DNA of 64,000 nucleotides from a virus (Duplodnaviria; Caudoviricetes): IMG/VR virus record IMGVR_UViG_3300032167_003270, positions 32,001 to 96,000 of that record; one strand, 5' to 3'. Shown piece by piece: positions 41,382 to 49,188 of this stretch (position 1 is its first letter; each line of letters starts with the position of its first letter). The notes under the pieces were generated by a model. It saw only the letters and a program-made list of their open reading frames with translations, ran no database searches and was not told where the DNA came from. The position numbers and the translations under genes were made by a program.

Positions 41382-41894
41382 TTATTCAGTTGTTTCTACT
41401 TCCATTACATACTTGGAATGAAATTCTTCATTTAAGTGCATATAAACATTAACAGGCATTTCTAAATGTTCTCCTGTTTCTCGGTCAACTAATGCTAAAA
41501 TATGCCCACCATTTACTGTATAAGATTTACCATTTACAGTAATTTCAAACATTTCATCTTCCCCTGTATGTAATTCTTTTACTTTACGAGATGCCCCATC
41601 TTTTCCCATAACTAAATCGCCAATTTGAATATCTTTGGCTAATTTAATTCGAGAACCAATAGGCATATCTAAATCATCGGTTTTTTCAATAGTGAATGTA
41701 CGATTTTCCTTTTTACCATCAATTAAATCTAATAAATAATATTTATGGTATTTATCTTTTGCCAAATATTCCTTAATAGAAATATTCTTTTTAAAGATAC
41801 CTTTATGTAATTTTAATTGATATTCTTCGTCAGCCACTATAAAACTATTGTCAGATAATAAAATTTTATACATAAACATTCTCCTTAATACCAA
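41382..41894 (-). CDS. free-standing intein middle fragment (IntM) of system A
   Basis: GSRIKLAKDIQIGDLVMGKDGASRKVKELHTGEDEMFEI...block B YTVNGGHILAL; lacks blocks A, F and G; true start probably MFMYKIL. Confidence 0.85.
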   Translation of the reverse strand: MVLRRMFMYKILLSDNSFIVADEEYQLKLHKGIFKKNISIKEYLAKDKYHKYYLLDLIDGKKENRTFTIEKTDDLDMPIGSRIKLAKDIQIGDLVMGKDGASRKVKELHTGEDEMFEITVNGKSYTVNGGHILALVDRETGEHLEMPVNVYMHLNEEFHSKYVMEVETTE

Positions 41895-43366
41895 CTATAC
41901 ATATTACGAAACCCTCCAAAATCTTGTAATAATCGTTTAACCTTTCCTGACCGTCTTAATTTTCTAATTGCTTTCTCTTCAATTTGTCTAATTCTCTCAC
42001 GAGTAACACCATATAATATAGCAATTTGTTCCAATGTCATATAATCAGTATAACCAATTCCCATTCTCTTACGAATAATATCTGCTTCTTTTTCAGATAA
42101 AACTTCATTCAAAATGATATTGATTATATTTCTTAATTCTGTTTGAATGGCTTGGTCTTCGACACTCATTGATTCGTCTTCAATAAAATCAATTAAAGTT
42201 GAGTCTTCTTCTTCTCCCACAGGAATATTAAATGATACTACTGAATTTGCGTCATAATAAGTCCAATATAATTGAACTTGTTCAGGAGTAATATGCTTTG
42301 TTGATGAATTAAAGAGTTTATTTTCATTTATGTAATCAGCAACCTCTTGAAATGTTGGTGTTCTACCTAATTCTTCGCTTAATATTGCAATAGCCTTATT
42401 ATTTATTCTTGCTTGTTCAACTGCGTGAACAGGCATACGAATAGTTCTTGAAGAATTTGCAACTGCTCTTGTAATTGCTTGTCTAATCCAATGAGTTGCA
42501 TATGTAGAAAATCTAAATCCTAAATCAGGATTATATTTTTGTACTGCTGTCATAAGTCCAATATTACCCTCTTGAACTAAATCCAATAAATCTACTCCTA
42601 AACCTATATAATGTTTAGCAATACTAACAACTAATTTTAAATTAGATTTTGCCATTTTATCGGATGCTTCTTTATCCCCCTTTTGTGCTCTCCTAGCTAA
42701 TTCAATCTCTTCTTCTAAAGTTAATAAAGGTAGATTTTGAGCAACAATGGCATTTAAGTATGATTTAAAAGAGTCGTCTGAATATAAGTCATAAGAATTA
42801 GTATCTTCTTCGGTTTCAGTTTCTTCTATATCAATACTATCTAATTCTTCGTCTAACTCTCCATCTAATTCTATATCTGATGTTTCCACATAATTTAAAA
42901 TCTTATCAATTTCTTCATTTATATTGATTTCTACATCATTATTTTCAGAAATTGTTTCTTCTTCAATAGAAATAATTTCAACATTTAATTTATTGAAATA
43001 TGCAAATACAGATTTTAACTTATTTTTATTTAAGGTATATTTTTCTGATAATACGTCAACAATTTCTTGGTCTGTGAGTTTATTGTTGTTTTCTTTAGCC
43101 CTTCTTGTTAAAGTTGCAACTCCCTCTAACATTTCAGTTAATGTCTTATTATAATCGTCAATAACCTTAATTCTCTTATCTTTACAAAATTCTAAAGCTA
43201 TATCTATATAATATTGCTTTTGAAAATCTTTATTATTCCACAATTCATTTACAATAACACTTTTTCGTATAGTTTTATTATTCTGTTTTGCTAATGACTC
43301 TATAAGATTTAATTTCTTTTCTGTAAAACGCTTACCATATTTATTAGTCATATAAGTTTCCTCCAA
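41885..43366 (-). CDS. RpoD/SigA-like sigma-70 factor
   Basis: regions 1.2-4: YLNAI...LLTLEEEIELA, SNLKLVVSIAK, DLVQEGNIGL, FSTYATHWIRQAI, GVTRERIRQIE. Confidence 0.95.
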   Translation of the reverse strand: MEETYMTNKYGKRFTEKKLNLIESLAKQNNKTIRKSVIVNELWNNKDFQKQYYIDIALEFCKDKRIKVIDDYNKTLTEMLEGVATLTRRAKENNNKLTDQEIVDVLSEKYTLNKNKLKSVFAYFNKLNVEIISIEEETISENNDVEININEEIDKILNYVETSDIELDGELDEELDSIDIEETETEEDTNSYDLYSDDSFKSYLNAIVAQNLPLLTLEEEIELARRAQKGDKEASDKMAKSNLKLVVSIAKHYIGLGVDLLDLVQEGNIGLMTAVQKYNPDLGFRFSTYATHWIRQAITRAVANSSRTIRMPVHAVEQARINNKAIAILSEELGRTPTFQEVADYINENKLFNSSTKHITPEQVQLYWTYYDANSVVSFNIPVGEEEDSTLIDFIEDESMSVEDQAIQTELRNIINIILNEVLSEKEADIIRKRMGIGYTDYMTLEQIAILYGVTRERIRQIEEKAIRKLRRSGKVKRLLQDFGGFRNMYSWY

Positions 43367-43417
43367 AGTATTATTTATATTATTATATCAAAAAGTTTTT
43401 TATTTGTTTACATAACT

Positions 43418-44176
43418 CTACTGTATTTTTTTGGCAACTACAACAAATCTTCCATTCTCTGTATGATAAGCACAAGTAGATAATGTAATTAGTTTATCGC
43501 CATATTCGGCAGTTGTTTCTATTGTATATGGTGTATGATTTTTTGCATAACTGATAAATTCATTAAATTCTTCTTCTGTACCGTCTACAAAATTGTAGTA
43601 TTCATAAGTACCTGGGTTTACGTCAGTTCTAAATGCAGCAATTACCTCATACATAGCATCGTCATCATAAATTGTTCCGAAATGTATATATTTATGTTCT
43701 TCATAAAAATCTTGTTTCTCATATTCGTCTATTTGATTAAACATTTTTCCAGATTGCATATGATGACCGTGCATTATTATATTATCAGACGGTTTTTCTA
43801 TATCTGCGTCAGCACCACAGAAAATTGTACCATTTGCATTGTAATTTTTATAAAAATCCCTATGTAAATAATATTGTTCATCATTAGGTGTCTGCATAAC
43901 AGGATAATCAATAGGTGTACCGTCAATTTTAATCCAACCAACAAAATCATTATTCAAATGATAAATTTGTTCATACTTATTTCTTTCTAATTCATTCCAT
44001 TCTTCTTTCTTTTCAAATTCTTCTGGCTCAATAATAAGTTCTTTTAAATCATCAACTGTTTCTTCATTTTGTTTGGTTTCACTAAAATAATCATATAAAT
44101 ACCATCCAGAAATACCAATCATACAAATACATATAAGTAATATAATAATTCGTATCACTTTAATAGATTTTTTCAT
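43418..44176 (-). CDS. srtB: class B sortase
   Basis: N-terminal TM; GWIKIDGTPIDYPVMQ, GHHM, TLSTC, RFVVVAK. Confidence 0.92.
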   Translation of the reverse strand: MKKSIKVIRIIILLICICMIGISGWYLYDYFSETKQNEETVDDLKELIIEPEEFEKKEEWNELERNKYEQIYHLNNDFVGWIKIDGTPIDYPVMQTPNDEQYYLHRDFYKNYNANGTIFCGADADIEKPSDNIIMHGHHMQSGKMFNQIDEYEKQDFYEEHKYIHFGTIYDDDAMYEVIAAFRTDVNPGTYEYYNFVDGTEEEFNEFISYAKNHTPYTIETTAEYGDKLITLSTCAYHTENGRFVVVAKKIQ

Positions 44177-44181
44177 ATAAT

Positions 44182-44412
44182 TTACTTCCTTTCAGATATT
44201 ATTTTTAAATAACCCATTTTTTCATTAAGTATATACATATTTTCACTTGAACTGTTTAAAAACTCTAATATCTCATCAAATAATTCTTGTGTAATTTTAA
44301 TTTTTACCTTATTAGATATTGAAATTTTTTTATTTAATTCAAGTGTTATATCTTCTTTATTACTTAATTTAATTATACTTCTAGCCTTGCTAGATAATTC
44401 TTTCCATTTCAT
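44182..44412 (-). CDS. hypothetical protein
   Basis: 76 aa, preceded by promoter motif. Confidence 0.55.
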   Translation of the reverse strand: MKWKELSSKARSIIKLSNKEDITLELNKKISISNKVKIKITQELFDEILEFLNSSSENMYILNEKMGYLKIISERK

Positions 44413-44441
44413 TTTTATCTCCTAACATAATTAAATAGTTC

Positions 44442-46241
44442 TTATTTACAATAATAACCCACTTTAATATTACCACAATCGTAAATCTGATAATAACCAG
44501 CGTCTAACATATTTTGAATTTCAGTTTTATTAGAATCAAATTTATCTCCTAATAATTTAGATAATTTATGTTTTTGTGCTGACACACGGTTTAATTTTTT
44601 ATTTTGTTTATAATATGTATATGATGGGTTTGTAACATTAATATAATCAAATCCTATATTATAATAACTATTACCATTAAATTTACTTAAATCTATAAAG
44701 GATATAAAATTATTATAAGGTTGGTGTTTAATCAATTTAGAAAAACCACCAATAACTTGTGTGTTTAGTTTAGTACACATTCTTAATAATTCAAATTCAT
44801 CTTTATTATATCTGGATTTACCCATAGTAATAAGTTGAACTAATTCATTATTATAATATAAACCTAATCTATAACTTGACGGAACATTTCCTTGTAAATG
44901 ATTTTCTAATAAAAATTGTTTTGATTCCTTATATGAAACCTCTTTGATTATACAATTTCTTGCATATATTTTATTTTCATATATACCTAAAGCCGATTTT
45001 ATTAAAGATTCACAAATCTCTCTATTATTACACCATTCCCATTCAAAAATATGAATGAGTCTAATATCTTGTAATAAACATAATTCTGTTTTATTAAGAT
45101 GATAATTTTTACCAACATTTCTATGATAATAATTACTATTATACTCAATAGCAATTTGTTTATTTGGAATATATATGTCTAATTCATATGGTTTAATAAT
45201 ACTTCTTGTATTTTTAATTACATCTCCATCATATATAGATTTAACAAATTCATAAATTTCATCTTCAATTCTACTTCTAGTATGAGTGTTATTATAGTTA
45301 ATAATTTTTTGAATATCAGAATTTGCTATGAATTTATTTGATTTATAAGTAAATTGAGTTAAAGTATCTTTTATAGTTAAAAATCCTTGACCATATAAGT
45401 CAATAAGTTTACATAATTGCGTACAATCTTTATCTTTTTCAAATTTTTCAATTTCTAATTTTTTAGTTAAAATGCGTTTTTTTATAATATCATCTAATTT
45501 ACAAACATTTTCAACATTATACTTTTTAATAATGGTTTCTTTAGATTTTTTCTTAAAGTGTTCAGATTGTGTTATTATTTCAGTTCCATATTTAGATTTA
45601 CAAGAATTTTTACTCTTTTCTCTAAACTCTTTTGTTTGTAAATAATAATCTGTTCCATATTTTTCTCTACAAGTATTTTTGGTCTTTTCTTTAATACTAT
45701 CTAATGCTTGTGGATTAGAAATACCATATTTTTCTATATTTGTTTCTTTTGCTTTTTCTCTATTATTATAATTTTCATCACCATATTTATCTAATTTAGT
45801 TTTTTTACATTTATTTTGTACATTTTCATTCTTCCAGGGATTATCAACACCATATCTTTCTTGATTTGTATTTATAATCTTTTCTTTAATTTGTTCACTA
45901 CTAAATCCTGAACCACCATATAAATCAATTCTTTTTTGTAATCCCTTTTGAATAGCCTCTTGTGTATGACTATTTATTTGTGCTTTTTTCTTTGTTTCTT
46001 CTAAATTTAAATTACTTTTAACACCAAATTTTGCTAAATTTGTATGTTCTAAACAACAACCTATTCTATATCCATCTTCTATATTTATAAATTTAGTTTC
46101 TTTTCCACAAATTTTACAAATTTTGTTACCTTTAATATATTCATCATAATATTGTTGCCCAATTAAATTATGTTTTCTACTTAAATGATTACAAAGTGCT
46201 ACTCTATTTTTAAATTCTTGGTCACATATTAAACATTTCAT
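44442..46241 (-). CDS. free-standing homing endonuclease (Zn finger, KYG repeats, PD-(D/E)XK, C-terminal NHLQG domain)
   Basis: ELDIYIPNKQIAIEYNSNYYH; IYARNC...NHLQG...ELLRMC...IYDCG. Confidence 0.8.
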   Translation of the reverse strand: MKCLICDQEFKNRVALCNHLSRKHNLIGQQYYDEYIKGNKICKICGKETKFINIEDGYRIGCCLEHTNLAKFGVKSNLNLEETKKKAQINSHTQEAIQKGLQKRIDLYGGSGFSSEQIKEKIINTNQERYGVDNPWKNENVQNKCKKTKLDKYGDENYNNREKAKETNIEKYGISNPQALDSIKEKTKNTCREKYGTDYYLQTKEFREKSKNSCKSKYGTEIITQSEHFKKKSKETIIKKYNVENVCKLDDIIKKRILTKKLEIEKFEKDKDCTQLCKLIDLYGQGFLTIKDTLTQFTYKSNKFIANSDIQKIINYNNTHTRSRIEDEIYEFVKSIYDGDVIKNTRSIIKPYELDIYIPNKQIAIEYNSNYYHRNVGKNYHLNKTELCLLQDIRLIHIFEWEWCNNREICESLIKSALGIYENKIYARNCIIKEVSYKESKQFLLENHLQGNVPSSYRLGLYYNNELVQLITMGKSRYNKDEFELLRMCTKLNTQVIGGFSKLIKHQPYNNFISFIDLSKFNGNSYYNIGFDYINVTNPSYTYYKQNKKLNRVSAQKHKLSKLLGDKFDSNKTEIQNMLDAGYYQIYDCGNIKVGYYCK

Positions 46242-46321
46242 AAAAAATTCTCCTTTCTTTTTATTATAATTAAATAGTTCTTCATTATATAATCTACCAA
46301 TAGCAATTACCTTATAAAAAT

Positions 46322-46358
46322 AAAAACAGATATTAGAATTTAATCTAATATCTGTTTA
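46322..46358 (-). terminator. intrinsic terminator directly after the IntN-A gene
   Basis: AAACAGATATTAGA...TCTAATATCTGTTT hairpin plus T-run. Confidence 0.7.
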
Positions 46359-46361
46359 ATA

Positions 46362-47129
46362 TTAAACTAATGTATTATACATTAACACAGGAGTTTCTCC
46401 GTCAAAACATCCCGTTCCACCACATATTAAAATGCTCGTAGAGGGCACAGTTTCGTAAAGTTCGTCTGATTTATTTTGGTCATTCAAATACCAACCGATA
46501 GGACTGATTTTTTGAGTTGTAGGATTTATCGTTAATCCCATAGGTACAATATTCCAATAAGGGTCATCTTTTGGAGAAAAACTTGCTCTTTCTGGAATAG
46601 GTTGTCTTTTTTTACATTGAACCATAATAACACCCTGGTCAATAAAAGTTTTTACATAGAAATAGGAATAATGAATTGATTTATCTGACATTTCAGTAAC
46701 AAATTCTTTTTTATCTACTTCTTTTCCACCCCTATCATAATCTATATAGATATATTTAGAATCATAGAAAATGATTGAAGTTCCTAATCGTTTTTCTGCA
46801 ATTTCAAATACCCAGTCATCAAAGGGTGCTTTTCTTAGGAATAAAAGTCTATCAATTACTGCTATAATCACACAAGCAACTGCTGCTAAAATAACAATAA
46901 GAATAAACATTCTATATATTTTTAATTTAGTAATCATAAAGAATGTTGGTACAAAAGTTAAACCAAACAATAAAACTGCCCCTACTAATAATAGAATAGA
47001 TAGTGTTCTACAACTTTTAAACACTTTATAGCAAAATTGATGTTTCGGTTGTATACCTCGTAAGACCTGTTCTTGGTCTTTAGTATCGGCAATGCTATTA
47101 GATTCAGACTTTTTTTCATTTGTTGCCAT
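46362..47129 (-). CDS. N-extein of FtsK-like ATPase A (2 TM helices) fused to a 15-aa IntN
   Basis: ...SILICGGTG|CFDGETPVLMYNTLV*: half Walker A followed by intein block A. Confidence 0.92.
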   Translation of the reverse strand: MATNEKKSESNSIADTKDQEQVLRGIQPKHQFCYKVFKSCRTLSILLLVGAVLLFGLTFVPTFFMITKLKIYRMFILIVILAAVACVIIAVIDRLLFLRKAPFDDWVFEIAEKRLGTSIIFYDSKYIYIDYDRGGKEVDKKEFVTEMSDKSIHYSYFYVKTFIDQGVIMVQCKKRQPIPERASFSPKDDPYWNIVPMGLTINPTTQKISPIGWYLNDQNKSDELYETVPSTSILICGGTGCFDGETPVLMYNTLV

Positions 47130-47135
47130 TATAAT

Positions 47136-48617
47136 TTACCTCCTAATATATTTAAAAGTTCCACAATCAAACAAAATTAACCATTCATTATCTAACATAT
47201 TTTGTTTTTCTGATTTATTAGGGTCAAAATTTTGTAATAATTTAGATAACTTATGTTTTTGTGTTTGATTACGAGATAATTTTATATTTTGTTTATAATA
47301 TGAATATGATGGTGGTGTGATTGATTGTTTAATCCAACCTGATTTTTCATATCCAATACCAGTAAATAATGCTCTATCTACATAAGAAACAAGTGGTTCT
47401 TTAATTTGATTTAATAATTTAGAAAAACCACCAATAACATTAGTATTTAATTTAGAACACATTCTATACAACTCATATTCATTCTTTTTATAACGAGATT
47501 TACCCAAAGAAATAATTTGAACTAATTCGTTGTTATAATATAAACCAATATGTAAAGAAGCATTAATTTCTCCTTGAATATGATTATCATTTAAGAATTG
47601 TTTTGCGTCTTTATTAGATACATTTTTTATTATACATTTTCTAGCATAAATAATAGTTTGATTTCTATTTAAGGCATTATCTATAATAGATTTACAAATA
47701 TTCTGTTTATTATTCCATAACCAATCTGTTATATGAATTAATCTTATATTTTTATCTTCACATAATTCAGTTTTTAATAAATGATAATTTTTATCATATT
47801 GAGAGTGCCAATAAACACCATCACACTCTATTGCTAAATTTTTATTTGGAATATAAATATCTAATTCGTATGGGGATATAATTTTTCTAGTATTTTGAAT
47901 AGCATTTGTATCATTTATATAGTCAAAAACCTCTTGTTGAAATTTAGAATTTACTCGTTTAGAATATTCTTCTATTTCTTTTAATAAAGATGAATGAATA
48001 TATCCTTTATTTTTATATGTAACTATTTTATCTCGATTTTGTTGATGCCAACCAGTTCCAAATTTCATATTTATGTCAACTAATGGAATATACTCATTAT
48101 CTAACATAAATTGAATATATTGATTATGGGTTTGTTTTGTTTTATCTTTATATTCAGGAGATTTTGTATAATTATCTACACCATATTTATCCAAACAAGA
48201 TTTTTTATATTGTTCTTTAAACTCATCACTTTGAGTTATCCAATCACAACCATATCGTTTTCTATTAGTTTCTTTTACTTTTTCTTTTATTTTATCAACT
48301 TGTTCTTTATATTTTTCTACTTTTTTCTTTTTAATATCTTCTTGTTGACTAATGTTTTTACATCCATATTTTTCTAAAGTAGTATTTTCTCTTTTTTGTT
48401 TAGTCTTTATTGAATTTGCTGAACATTTAGCAGAACAATATTCTCTATAACCGTCATTAAAATTAATAAAATTTGTAGGTTTTCCACATATTTTACAATA
48501 ACCCTTTTCATTAAATAAATCATAATATTCTTTAGTTGTTAATTTATGAGAATATTTAATATGAAATAATAAAGATTTTGTTGATTTACAATCTATATTA
48601 CAGATTTTACAATTCAT
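47136..48617 (-). CDS. free-standing homing endonuclease (paralog of 44442-46241)
   Basis: CKIC...HIKYSH, ELDIYIPNKNLAIECDGVYWH, NHIQG. Confidence 0.8.
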   Translation of the reverse strand: MNCKICNIDCKSTKSLLFHIKYSHKLTTKEYYDLFNEKGYCKICGKPTNFINFNDGYREYCSAKCSANSIKTKQKRENTTLEKYGCKNISQQEDIKKKKVEKYKEQVDKIKEKVKETNRKRYGCDWITQSDEFKEQYKKSCLDKYGVDNYTKSPEYKDKTKQTHNQYIQFMLDNEYIPLVDINMKFGTGWHQQNRDKIVTYKNKGYIHSSLLKEIEEYSKRVNSKFQQEVFDYINDTNAIQNTRKIISPYELDIYIPNKNLAIECDGVYWHSQYDKNYHLLKTELCEDKNIRLIHITDWLWNNKQNICKSIIDNALNRNQTIIYARKCIIKNVSNKDAKQFLNDNHIQGEINASLHIGLYYNNELVQIISLGKSRYKKNEYELYRMCSKLNTNVIGGFSKLLNQIKEPLVSYVDRALFTGIGYEKSGWIKQSITPPSYSYYKQNIKLSRNQTQKHKLSKLLQNFDPNKSEKQNMLDNEWLILFDCGTFKYIRR

Positions 48618-48709
48618 TAAATTACCTCCAAATTTAATTATAATATTCTTATATAATTAAATATACCTTTAAAAAAATAAGAGTGCCTATTAAGACACTC
48701 TTACTTTAA

Positions 48710-49159
48710 TTATTTAAGATTTTCTGAAATTTTAAGTTCACAATCATCAAAACCGATAACTTTATCAAAAACATAAGTTTCTAACTTATCATATAGTTCA
48801 TCTCTATTACAATCATTTAATTTTTCTACGATTGAATCAGGAACTCCATATGAATGATATACTTTTGATTTTCTTGTATAAGGGTCTTCTGCAATATGTA
48901 GTAATAATCCCCTATAATTTTCATAGTAATATTCAGGTCTTTCTTGATAAGTTGCCTCATATTCCCAATCTACATTAGTATCTTTAATAGATTGCCACCA
49001 ATGTAAAAGAACATTCATAGAACTTGTAATTCTATTTTCTTTTTGTGATTGTTGAACAAATGAGTCTAGCCACAATTCAGAACTTGCGATTTTTCTAATT
49101 GCAGTAAGACATTTTTCAAAAGTTTCATTATCTAATTTTAATTGTTTAAATTTTGCCAT
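48710..49159 (-). CDS. hypothetical protein
   Basis: 149 aa, GGGAGG RBS. Confidence 0.65.
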   Translation of the reverse strand: MAKFKQLKLDNETFEKCLTAIRKIASSELWLDSFVQQSQKENRITSSMNVLLHWWQSIKDTNVDWEYEATYQERPEYYYENYRGLLLHIAEDPYTRKSKVYHSYGVPDSIVEKLNDCNRDELYDKLETYVFDKVIGFDDCELKISENLK

Positions 49160-49188
49160 TTAAAAACCCTCCCTTTATAAATTTCTTA

